From: Squalus acanthias
Lineage: Eukaryota
Reading direction: 5' to 3'
Assembly: GCA_030390025.1 (NCBI GenBank)
Contig: JASTWF010000035.1
Span: 2,232,001 to 2,296,000 of the forward strand
Length of the DNA: 64,000 nt
This document shows, piece after piece, positions 1 through 11,700 of the stretch; positions within the stretch are counted from its first letter, which is position 1; every line of letters begins with the position of its first letter. The notes under the pieces are model-generated. The model was not told the origin of the DNA, made no database searches, and worked only from the letters and a program-made list of their open reading frames with translations. Made by a program: the position numbers and the translations under genes.

Positions 1-545
1 TGCATACAGTTTTGGTGTCCTTACTTAAGGAAAGACATCCTTGCTCTCGAGGCAGTGCAAAAAAGGTTCACTCGGTTAATCCCGGGGATGAGGGGGTGGT
101 CATATGAGGAGAGGTTGGGTAGATTGGGACTCTACTCATTGGAGTTCAGAAGAATGAGAGGCGATCTTATTGAAACATATAAGATTGTGAAGGGGTTGGA
201 TCGGGTGGATGCGGGGAGGATGTTCCCGATGATGGGTGAGACTAGAACTAGGGGACATAGTCTTAGAATAAGGGGCTGCTCTTTCAAAACTGAGATGAGG
301 AGGAACTACTTCACTCAGAGGGTGGTAGGTCCATGGAATATGCTGCCACAAAAAGCTGTAGAAGCTACATCATTAAATAAATTTAAAACAGAAATAGACA
401 GTTTCCTAGAAGTAAAGGGCATTAAGGGTTACGGGGAGTGGGCAGGAATTTGGACATGAGTCTAGGTTCGGATCGGTCATGGCCCTGTGGGTAGTGGAGC
501 GGGCCCAGGGACCGTGTAGCCTGATTCTGCTCCTATTTCGTGTGT
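1..545 (+). mobile_element. CR1 LINE 3' end (RT C-terminus plus 3' UTR)
   Basis: ORF 55-459 [10 protein letters not shown]...[15 protein letters not shown]...RNYFTQRVV, followed by a CR1-type tail. Confidence 0.9.
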
Positions 546-604
546 GCAATTTTGTTAGATGCAGGAGATGGTTCTGTGATAGTAGATAGTAGATTGGCGG
601 TTAG

Positions 605-1186
605 GATCAGATCAGCCATGATCTTATTGAATGGCGGAGCAGGCTCGAGGGGCCGATTGGCCTACTCCTGCTCCTATTTCTTATGTTCTTATGAAGGTTC
701 ACGAGATTGATTCCTGGGATGGCGGGACTGTCGTATGAGAAGAGATTGAGTATACTAGGCCTGTATTCTCTTGAATTCAGAAGAATGAGAGGAGATCTCA
801 TTGAAGCATACAAAATTATTACAGGGCTTGATAGGGTGGATGCTGGGAGAATGTTTCCCTTGGCTGGGGAGTCTAGAACCAGGGGCCACAGCCTCAGGAA
901 AAAGGGTAGGCCATTCAGGACTGAGATGAGAAGAAATTTCTTCACACAGAGGGTGGTGAATCTTTGGAATTCTCTACCCCAGAGGGCTGTGGAGGCTCAG
1001 TCATTGGGTATATTCAAAACAGAAGTCGATAGATTTCTGACTAGTAAGGGCATCAAGGGATAGGGCGATTGGGCCGGTGAATGGAGTTGAGGCAGAAGTT
1101 CAGCCATGATTCATTGAATGGCGGAGCAGGCTCGAAGGGCCAAATGGCCTACTCCTGCTCCTATTTCTTATGATCTTATGTTCTTA
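605..1186 (+). mobile_element. CR1 3' tail stub (605-693) followed by a second CR1 3' end (694-1186)
   Basis: Two copies of cagccatgat...gaatggcggagcaggctcga...cctactcctgctcctatttcttatg; ORF 707-1063. Confidence 0.9.
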
Positions 1187-2038
1187 CATAAACAGGCTGG
1201 TGGAATGGGTGGACACGTAGCAGATGAAGTTTAACGCAGAAAAGTGCGAAGTGATACATTTTGGTAGGAAGAACGGGTAGAGGCAATATAAACTAAAGGG
1301 TACAATCCTAAAGTGGGTGCATGAACAGAGAGACCTGGGGGTATATGTACACAAATCGTTGAAGGTGGCAGGGCTGGTTGAGAAAGTGGTTAAAAAAGCA
1401 TACGGGATACTGGGCTTCATAAATAGAGGCACAGAGTAGAAAAGCAAGGAAGTTATGTTGAACCTGTATAAAACACTGGTTCGGCCTCAACTGGAGTATT
1501 GTGTCCAATTCTGGGCATCACACTTTAGGAAGGATGTGAAGGCCTTAGAGAGGATGCAGAGGACATTTACGAGAATGATTTCAGGGATAAGGGGATTCAG
1601 TTATGTGGATAGACTGGAGAAGCTGGGTTGTTCTACTTAGAGCAGAGAAGGTTGAGAGGAGATTTGATAGAGGTGATCAAAATCATGAGGGGTCTGGACA
1701 GAGTAGATAGAGAGAAACTGTTCCCATTGGCGGAAGGGTCGAGAACCAGAGGACACAGATTTAAGGTGATTGGTAGAAGATCCAAAGGCGACATGAGGAA
1801 AAACTTTTTTGCGCAGTGAGTGGTTATGATCTGGAATGCACTGCCTGAGAGGGTGGTGGAGGCAGATTCAATCGTGGCTTTCAAAAGGGAGTTGGATAAG
1901 TCCCTGAAGGAAAAAGAATTGCTGGGCTACGGGGAAAGGGCGGGGGAATGGGACTAGATGAAATGCTCTTGCAGAGACCTGGCAGGGGCTCGACGGGCCG
2001 AATGGCCTCCTACTGTGCTGTAACGATTCTATGATTCA
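1187..2038 (+). mobile_element. CR1 LINE 3' fragment, second subfamily (ctatgatt tail), degenerate
   Basis: [17 protein letters not shown] and [13 protein letters not shown] in broken frames. Confidence 0.9.
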
Positions 2039-2048
2039 TAGAGTCATA

Positions 2049-2943
2049 GGGGGAAAAATTCAGTTGGTTGCGCCTCCCGTTAGCGCCTTAAGAGGCCGCT
2101 AATGGGGCACAAAGCATCTGGCGCCCAGGCGTGGCGATGTTTGCGCCGCTCGCGAAATTAACTAGACATTTAGCGGCGGCGGTAACCACTACCGTCACGA
2201 TCTCCTGCGCCGGCAGATCGTGACGTCAGTCGAGTGCGCAACGCCCCGGTATCACCCCGGAGCGGATATTGAGTGGCGCCCCCTGCCTTACCGCCTGCCG
2301 CTAGCAACGACAGGTTGAGGGGAGCGTTTTGCAGTCATGAAGGGACTGGGGGAGCGCTATTTAAAGGCGACCGCTTCCTGCCTTTTATTGTTGGTGACAT
2401 TTTTGAACCACGCATTCTGAGAGAGAGAGAGAGAGACAGACTTCTGGAGAGATTCAACGCTGTGTGAAGGCGTTTTGGGTACTGAGCAGCATTTTGCAGG
2501 TTCATTTTGATTTGCCCTTCCTTGTATCGATTTAGAAGAGACTGTGGGGGCTGCACTCAGCTCTTTCCCTGGTACTCTTCATTGTTCTTTCCAGCAGATT
2601 TGATGTGCAGCTCTCTCCAGGCCGAGATTCAAGGCTGCAATGAGCAGGATGTGGATGGAAAGCAAGATCAACCATCCCCTTTAAGAACTGGCCCGCGCCA
2701 TTGTGTGTGTGTTCCATTGCTGACTGACCTCTCATGAGCTTCGCCAGCGCTCTGAGGTAGCGCCTCGCTCCTCAGCCTTTGCGCCTTAAGACAGGTGTGA
2801 AGCGCCTGATTTAGCGCTCCAATCACCTCCAGGGGCGATAAAAGTCAAGTTTGCAGTCGGTGGCGATAATTAGCGGCAGGCGCTAATCTTTGCGCCCGGC
2901 CGATAACTGCGCCCCAAATGGAGCGATACTGAATTTCTCCCCC
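2049..2943 (+). mobile_element. Non-autonomous Harbinger (MITE), internally deleted relative of the 10477-14588 element
   Basis: TIRs gggggaaaaatt / aatttctccccc with 3-bp TSD ATA. Both arms resemble the ends of the full-length element. Confidence 0.9.
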
Positions 2944-3810
2944 ATAGAGTCATAACGGCACAGAAGGAGGCCATTCGGCCCATCGAGTCTGTGCCGGCTC
3001 TCTGTAGAGCAATCCAGTCAGTCCCATTCCCCCGCTCTATCCTCGTAGCCCTGCAAGTTTATTTCCCTCAAGTGCCTATCCAGTCTCCCCTTGAAAACAT
3101 TGAGTGTCTCCGCTTCCACCACTTCTGTCGCCAGTGAGTTCCAGGTCCTCACCACTCGCTGCGTAAAAATGTTTTTCCTCACATCCCCCCTGTATCTCTT
3201 GCCCAAAACCTTAAATCTGTGTCCCCTAGTCTTTGTACCATCAACTAGTGGGAGCAGACTTTCCCCGTCTAGCCTATCCAACCCGTCATAATCTTGTACA
3301 CCTCTATCAAATCACCCCTCAAACTGCTTTGCTCTAATGAAAACAAATCCAGCTTCTCCAACCTGTCCTTGTAGCTAAGATCCCCCATCCCCGGAACCGT
3401 TCTGGTAAATCTCCTCTGCACCCTCTCAAGGGCCTTCACATCCTTCCTAAAGTGTGGTGACCAGAACTGGACGCAATTCTCCAGTTGTTGCCTAACCAGC
3501 GCTTTATAAAGGTTCAGTATAACTTCTCTACTTTTGTACTCAATAACTGTATTTATGAAGCCCAAGATCCCATATGCTTTTTTAACCACTCTCTCAATAT
3601 GTCCTGCCACCTTCAGGGACCTATGCACATTAACTCCCAGGTCACTCTATCGCTGCACACTCTTTAAAACTGTGCCATTAAGTGTGTATTGCCTCTCCCT
3701 GCTCCTTTTGCCAAAATGCATCATCTCACACTTCTCTGTATTAAATTCCATCTGCCACTTGTCTGCCCATTCTGCTAGCCTTTCCATGTCCTGTTGCAGT
3801 CGATTGGTAT
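2944..3810 (-). mobile_element. CR1 LINE 3' fragment
   Basis: ORFs 3269-3628 and 3018-3281 (RT C-terminus); catagagt tail repeats. Confidence 0.9.
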
Positions 3811-3920
3811 AGTTGCGATTACGGAGACATGGCTACAGGGTGACCAAGGCTGGGAGCTGAATATCCAAGGATATTCGATATTTAGGAAGGACAGGCAAAA
3901 AGGAAAAGGAGGTGGGGTGA
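3811..3920 (+). mobile_element. CR1 ORF2 APE-endonuclease fragment
   Basis: Translates to [36 protein letters not shown]. Confidence 0.8.
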
Positions 3921-5210
3921 AACATAGAAACATACAAAAATAGGAGCAGGAGTAGGCCATTCGGCCCTTCGAGCCTGCTCGCCATTCAATATGATCATGG
4001 CTGATTCTCTATCTCAATACCATATTCCCGCTCTCTCCCCATACCCCTTGACGCCTTTTGTGTCTAGAAATCTATCTATCTCCTTATTAAATATATTCAG
4101 TGACTTGGCCTCCACAGCTTCTGTGGTAGAGAATTCCACAGGTTCACCACCCTCTGAGTGAAGAAATTTCTCCTCATCTCAGTCCTAAATGTCCTACCTC
4201 CATATCGGAGACTGTGACCCCTCGTTCTAGACCCCCCAGCCAGGGGAAACATCCTCCCTGCATCCAGTCTGTCTAGCCCTGTCAGAATTTTGTACGTTTC
4301 AATGAGATCCCCTCTCATTCTTCTAAACTCTAGTGAATACAGGCCTAGTCAAACCAATCTCTCCTCATACGACAGTCCTGCCATCCCAGGAATCAGTCTG
4401 GTGAACCTTCGCTGCACTCCTTCTATGGCAAGTATATCCTTTCTTAGGTAAGGAGACCAAAAATGCACACAGTACTCCAGGTGTGGTCTCACCAAGGTCC
4501 TGTATAACTGTAGTAAGACAGCCTTGCTCCTGTACTCAAATCCTCATGCAATGAAGGCCAACATACCATTTGCCTTCCTAACTGCTTGCTGCACCTGCAT
4601 GTTTGCTTTCAGTGACTGGTGTACAAGGACACCCAGGTCCCTTTGTACATCAACTTTTCCCAATCTATCATCGTTGAAATAATACTCTGCCTTTCTGTTT
4701 TTCCTACCAAAGTGGATAACTTCACATTTATCCACGTTATACTGCATCTGCCATGTATTTACCCACTCACTCAACTTGTCTAAGTCGCCTTGAAGCCTCT
4801 TTGCATCCTCCTCACAACTCAAAATCCCACCTAGTTTCGTGTCATCAGCAAACTTGGAAATATTACATTTGGTTCCCTCATCCAAATCATTGATATATAT
4901 TGTGAATAGCTGGGGCCCAAGCACTGATCCCTGCGGTACCCCACTAGTCACCGCCTGCCACCCCGAAAAAGACCCATTTATTTCTGCTCTCTGTTTCCTG
5001 TCTGTTAACCAATTTTCAATCCATGCCAGTATATTACCCCCAATCCCATGTGCTTTAATTTTGCACACTAACCTCTTATGTGGGACTTTATCAAAGGCCT
5101 TCTGAAAATCCAAATACACCACATCCACTAGTTCTCTCTTATCTATTCTACCAGTTACATCCTCAAAAAACTCCAGTAGGTTTGTCAAACACGATTCCCT
5201 TTCATAAATC
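3921..5210 (-). mobile_element. CR1 LINE, 5'-truncated (RT core to 3' tail)
   Basis: [23 protein letters not shown] and KFADDTK in ORF 4544-5248; tail at 3921-4010. Confidence 0.92.
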
Positions 5211-5529
5211 ATAAAACAAAAGGGGAGGTCAGTGAGACGTAGAGACATTAAGAGATGCTCAAGGCGAGACGAGATGGTAATAGGACAGGTTAAGAAACAA
5301 AAGATGGCTCAGAGGTGTGAAATGCGCTGGCAGGATGAAAGACCGCTGCTGTGGGGAAGAGAGAGAAAAAAAAGGGAAAAGGCACAAACCAAAAGTGTGG
5401 ATAAAATATATATATATATGGTAGGGGCCGAGGTTATTTATTTTATTTCAGATTTCCAGCATCCGCAGTATTTTGCTTTTATATTAGTGAGCCCTTCCAC
5501 ATCACCAGACTCAACTGGCTCCTCCCTAC

Positions 5530-5707
5530 CTCAGGCTTGCCGCAGTCACACTCCTCGCCTTTCTCCACGTACAGGTTGCCACACTCGGGGCCTCCAACCA
5601 GCATGTCCAGTCTCGGCATGTTGTAGAGACAGATCCCTAAACCATGGCCCAGGTTTCTCATTAATTCCTGTCGGCTGCAGCTGCTGAAGAGTGTTGGTAA
5701 TATGGAA
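5530..5707 (-). CDS. ADAM exon (178 nt): end of metalloprotease domain and start of disintegrin domain
   Basis: Acceptor tccttattttcag|T and donor GAG|gtaggg. Encodes FSSCS...CLYNMP...[15 protein letters not shown]. Confidence 0.95.
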
Positions 5708-8700
5708 CTGAAAATAAGGATACACAAGAGTGTCAAAGGGGAGAAGAAAAAGCAGGAAAGCAGAGAGAATTGAAACACCAAAGAAATACCTAGATAAAAC
5801 AGTAAAGGAGCAATGGGAGGCCTTCAAGGAGGAGACAGTTTAGGTACAGACTAGGCACATTTCCAGAAAGGGAAAAGGAAGGGCATTCAAAGCTAGAGCT
5901 CCCCTGGAAAGAATGTTAAGCACATCTGTCAGTGACTTTTTAACGCATCTAACTCATTATCATTTAACCTCCGGGTATGATGAGGAGCCACATGACACAA
6001 TCTCAACTCCAGTGTTTAAAGGGACAATGCAAAGATGCAAATTGGAGGTGTTAGAGATCAAGAGAAGAAAGGAGGAAGTTGAGGAATGGAAGCGAGATGT
6101 GCAAAGGCTGCACCCCGTTTCAATGATGCCCCCTGGATGTGCTACTGGGGGTTGTGAGGAGGAGATACTATTCCCCAGCAATGAGAGGAAGAAACCGGCA
6201 GCACTAACCAAGGTGGCGTGGTTGGAGGTTGCCGAGGAGGTCAGCAGCAGGAGCGCAGTGCCACACTGCTGGGAGTGTACTACAGACCCCCAAACAGTGA
6301 GAGGGAGATAGAAGAGCAAATATGTAGACAAATATCTGAGAAGTACAAAAACTATAGGGCAGTAATAGTCGGAGATTTCAACTACCCCAATATTAACTGG
6401 GATAAAATTAGTGTGAAGGGTATAGAGGGTGTGGAATTCCTAAAATGCATCCAGGAGAACTTTTTTAGCCAGTATGTAGCAAGCCCAACAAGGGAGGGGG
6501 CGGTTCTGGACTTAGTTTTAGGGAATGAAGCTGGGCAGGTAGAAGGCTTATCAGTGGGGGAGCACTTTGGTGCTAGTGACCATAATTCTGTTAGATTTAT
6601 GGTAGTTATGGAAAAGGACAAGGATAGACCAGGAATAAAAATTCTAAATTGGGGAAAAGCAAATTTTGCTAAGCTCAGAGGGGATTTAGCCATAGTGGAC
6701 TGGAAACAGCTACTGTAAGGTAAATCAGTGTCAGAGCAGTGGGAGGCATTCAAGGAGGAGATCCGGAGGGTTCAGAGCAAGTATGCGCCCTTAAAGAAAA
6801 AAGGTGGGACGAACAAATCAAGAGCCCCCTGGATGTCATACAGGGTAGGATAAAGAAAAAAAGGGAGGCGTATGACCGATACCGAGGGCTAAATACTCCA
6901 GAATCTTTAGAGGAGTACAGAAAGTGCAGGGGTGCAATTAAAAAGGATATTAGGAAAGCAGAGAGAGAGCATGAAAAATTCTTGGCAAGTAAAATCAAGG
7001 AAAACACAAAGATGTTTTATAAATATATTAAGAGTAAGAGGATAACTAAAGAAAGGGTAGGGCCTATTAGAGATCATGAGGGTAATCTGTGTGTGGAGGC
7101 GGGAGACGTCGGTAGGGTTCTTAATGAATACTTTGCGTCTGTTTTCACAAAGGAGAGGGGCGAAGCAGACATTGCGATCAGGGAGGAGGAGTGTGAAATA
7201 TTAGATGAAATAAACATAGTGAGAGAGGAAGTATTAAGGGGTTTAGCAGCTTTAAAAGTGGATAAATCCCCAGGCTCGGATGAAATGTATCCCAGGCTGT
7301 TAAGTGAAGAAAAAGAGGAAATAGCAGAGACCCTGACCATCAATTTTCAATCCTCTCTGGCTTCAGGTGTGGTGCCGGTGGACTGGAGGACTGCTAATGT
7401 GATACCCTTGTTTAAAAAGGGAGAAAAGGATAGACTGAGTAATTACAAGCCAGTCAGCCTAACCTCAGTGGTGGGAAAGTTATTGGAAAGAATTCTGAAG
7501 AACAGGATAAATCTTCATTTAGAATCCTCAGAATCGGTTTCATTCTTGGACACACGAATCTCCATCAAAGACGGACGCCTCAGCACTTCACTCTACCGCA
7601 AGCCCACGCACAACCTCACGATGCTCCACTTCTCCAGCTTCCACCCTAACCACGTTAAAGAAGCCATCCCCTATGGACAAGCCCTGCGAATACACAGGAT
7701 CTGCTCAGACGAGGAGGAACGCGATGGACACCTACGGACACTGAAAGACGCCCTCGTAAGAACGGGATATGACGCTCGACTCGTCGATCGACAGTTCCGA
7801 CGGGCCACAGCGAAAAACCGCATAGACCTCCTCAGAAGACGAACACGGGACACAACCAACAGAGTACCCTACGTCGTCCAGTACTTCCCCGGAGCGGAAA
7901 AACTACGCCATGTTCTTTGCAGCCTTCAACATGTCATCGATGACGACGAACACCTTGCTAAGGCCATCCCCACGCCTCCACTACTCGCCTTCAAGCAGCC
8001 GCCTAACCTCAAAAGTACCATCGTTCGCAGCAGATTACCCATCTTTCAGGAGAACAGCAACCACGACACCACACAACCCTGCCACGGCAACCTCTGCAAG
8101 ACATGCCAGATCATGGACACAGATACCATCATCACACGTGAGGACACTACCCACCAGGTACATGGTACATACTCATGTGACTTAGCCAACGTTGTCTACC
8201 TGATACGTTGCAGTAAAGGATGCCCCAGAGCTTGGTACATCGGCGAGACCATGCAGACACTGAGACAACGTATGAACGGACACCGCGCAACAATCGCCAG
8301 GCAAGTGGGTTGCCTCCCAGTCGGGGAACACTTCAGCAGTCAGGGGCATTCAGCCTCGGATCTGCGGGTAAGCGTTCTCCAAGGTGGCCTTCGGGATACA
8401 CGACAGCGCAAAATCATAGAGCAGAAACTGATAGCCAAGTTCTGCACTCATGAGGATGGCCTCAATCGCGATATCGGGTTCATGTCACGATACAGAATGT
8501 GACTTGACATCATGGCCGGTCTTTCCAGGTTTTTTTTTAAAACTAACACAAGAACCAAACCCAAATGGAGAGGATATGCAGCCAGCAGGTGTTTTGACAC
8601 GTTGGACCCCCTGGGACACATCTCATTGTCTTGGCTGTGCTCTTAGTGTGTCTTTGATGTAGGGAAAGATTTGAATACATTTTTTCTGTGTTTATATTGT

Positions 8701-11700
8701 GAATTCTGGGAGATTCTCTCACAGCTACCCTACCTGAAGAAGGAGCGACAGCTCTGAAAGCTTGTAATTTTAAATAAATCTGTTGGACTATAACCTGGTG
8801 TTGTGCGACTTCTCATTTCATTTAGAAAGACACGGATTAATCAAGGATAGTCAGCACGGATTTGTTAAGGGAAGGTCATGTCTGACAAACTTGATTGAAT
8901 TTTTTGAGGAGGTAACAAGGAGGGTAGATGAGGGTAGTGCATTTAATGTAGTGTATATGGACTTTAGCAAGACTTTTGGTAAGGTTCCACATGGCAGACT
9001 GGTCGCGAAGTTAAAAGCCCATGGGATCCAGGGCAAAGTGTCAAGTTGGATTCAAAACTGGCTCGGAGACAGGAAGCAGAGGGTAATGGTTGATGGGTGT
9101 TTTTGTGACTGGAAGGTTGTTTCCAGTGGGGTTCCGCAGGGCTCAGTACTAGGTCCCTTGCTTTTTGTGGTATATATCAATGATCTAGACTTGAATATAG
9201 GGGGTATGATTAAGAAGTTTGCAGATGATACTAAAATCGGCTGTGTGGTTGATACTGAAGAAGGAAGCTGTAGACTGCAGGAAGATATCAATAAATTGGT
9301 CAGGTGGGCAGAACAGTGGCAAATGGAATTCAATCCGGAGAAGTGTGAGGTAATGCATTTGGGGAGGGCTAACAAGGAAAGGGAATACACATTAAATGGT
9401 AGGACACTGAGTAGTGTAGAGGAACAAAGGGACCTTGGAGATGGCTGACTCCCAGCTACAATTAAAAATCAGACAGCCACATGTCATAAGGCACTCAGTC
9501 ATACTGACTTGATATCAACAGGGAGTGAAATATGATCATGTTTATAATGGTAAGTTGCAACATTCTCACCTTGCCAGTACTCATTCATGTCTTTTATCTC
9601 CCACAGGTCCTTCATGCATGCAGCATGAGTTGATGGCTGTCACGGACGATGATTCCTCAGAGGAACTCAATCGTTCTGAATGTGCACCATCACACTTTCA
9701 TTTTCCAAAATTCCATAGATTCTGGAACAGTTCCCATGGATAGGAAGGTAGCAAATGTAACCCCACTATTTAAGAAAGGAGGGAGAGAGAAAATGGGGAA
9801 CTACAGACCAGTTAGCCTGACATCAGTAGTAGGTAAAACACTAGAATCTATTATTAAGGACATGGTAACAGGACACTTAGAAAATAATAATAGGATTGGG
9901 CAGCGTCAACACAGATTTATGAAAGGGAAATCGTGTTTGACAAATCTGTTAGAGTTTTTTCAGATAGTAACTAGCAGAATAGAAACAGTTGATGTGGTGT
10001 ATTTGGATTTTCAGAAGGCATTCGATAATGGTTTTATGAAATACATTCAAACAGCGTTAACATGGTTTTATGAAAGGGAAATTGTGTTTGACAAATCTAT
10101 TTGAGTTCTTTGAGGAGGTAACGAGCAGGGTGGATAAAGGCGAACCAGTAGATGTAGTGTATTTGGATTTCCAAAAGGCATTTGACAAGGTGCCACATAA
10201 AAGGTTGCTGCATAAGATAAGAGCTCATGGTGTAGGGGGTAATACATTAGACTGGATAGAGGATTGGTTAACGAACAGAAAACAGAGAGTCGGAATAAAT
10301 GGGTCATTTTCAGGATGGCAACCTGTAACTAGTGGGGTGCCATAGGGATCAATGCTGGGACCTCAACTATTTTCAATCTATATTAATGACTTGGATGAAG
10401 GAAGAGAGTGTATTGTAGCCAAATTGGCGGATGATACAAAAGATAGGTGGGAAAGCAAGTTATGAGGAGGACATAAGGGGTTAAAAATTCAGTTGGTTGC
10501 GCCTCCCGTTAGCGCCTTAAGAGGGCGCTAATGGGGCGCAAAGCCGCTAACGCCCAGGCACAGCGATGTTTGCGCTGCTCGGGAACTTAACTAGAGATTG
10601 TGCGGCGGCGCTAAAACTTACCGCTGCGACCACCTGCGCGCGCAGATTGTGATGTCATTCCATGGTGCAACGCCCTTGTGGCGCCCCGGAGCGGAAATTG
10701 AGTGGCGCCCCCTGCCTTACCGCCTGGCGCATCCAACGACCGGAAGACTGGAACGCTATCAATCGCTGTGGGGCTGGGGGGGGCGCTATTTAAAGGGGGC
10801 CTCTTCCTGTCTTTTTCTGTGGTCGACATTTTTGCACCACTCGTTCTGAGAGAGAGAGAGAGATTCGGAGAGAGAGAAAGAGAGACTTCTGCATTGACTC
10901 AATGCTGTGTGAGGTAGTTTTGCCTACTGATCCTAACTTCGCTGGTACTTTAGTTGCTGTCCTTCATTACTTTGCTTGCAAAGAGAATATGGGGGCTGCA
11001 CTGATTGGGGGCGTCGTCCTGCTCCAGCTGAATCGGAGGATACAGAGACGCAGAGAGAGAGTGGCAATGATGGCCAGATGTAGGAGGGCCAACAGGCGTA
11101 TGTACAGGAGAGCTTACCCTCCCAGGGTATATCGTGAACAGCTCTCCTACATCCATATGTCTGAGGAGCTGTGTTTGCGAAGGCTGCGATTCAGCAAGGA
11201 GGTGGTCACTGAGCTCTGCCACCTGCTGCAGCCAGATCTGCAGCCTCAACTGAGGTCCAGGACGTCTCTGTCGGTGGCAGTGAAGGTCACAGTGGCTCTC
11301 AACTTTTACGCTACTGGCTCATTTCAAGCTGCTGCTGGGGACCTCGCCAATATCTCCCAGTTCGCGGTGCATTGCTGCATCCGGCAGGTCACAAATGCCC
11401 TCTTTAAAAGGAGACGAGAGTTCATCTCTTTCCCCATGACCCCAGACAAGCAGCGTGACCGCGCTCTGGGCTTTGCGAGGGTAGCGGGCTTCCCCATGGT
11501 GCAGGGCGCCATTGACTGCACGCATGTGGCTTTGCGTGCTCCGCATGAGAATGCCGAGGAATTCCGGAACAGAAAGGGGTTCCATTCCTTGAATGTTCAG
11601 TTGGTCTGTGACCACAGACAGCTGATACTCGCTGTCAATGCCCACTATCCTGGCAGCTGCCACGATGCTTTTATCCTGCGCCAGACTACTGTGGCAGAAC

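Larger units (their letters stand above)
6262..9440 (+). mobile_element. CR1 ORF2 (APE C-terminus to RT core), split by the Penelope insertion at 7525-8816
   Basis: [15 protein letters not shown] and SDHN (6218-6718); KSPGSD and NYKPVSLTS (to 7524); resumes at 8817 with QHGFVKG, GVPQGS and KFADDTK. Confidence 0.92.

Noticed and set aside
5210..5480. Possible second Penelope-type terminal fragment (ttcagatttccagcatccgcagtattttgctttt)
   Set aside because: Resemblance from memory only; no ORF, TSD or hammerhead core visible.
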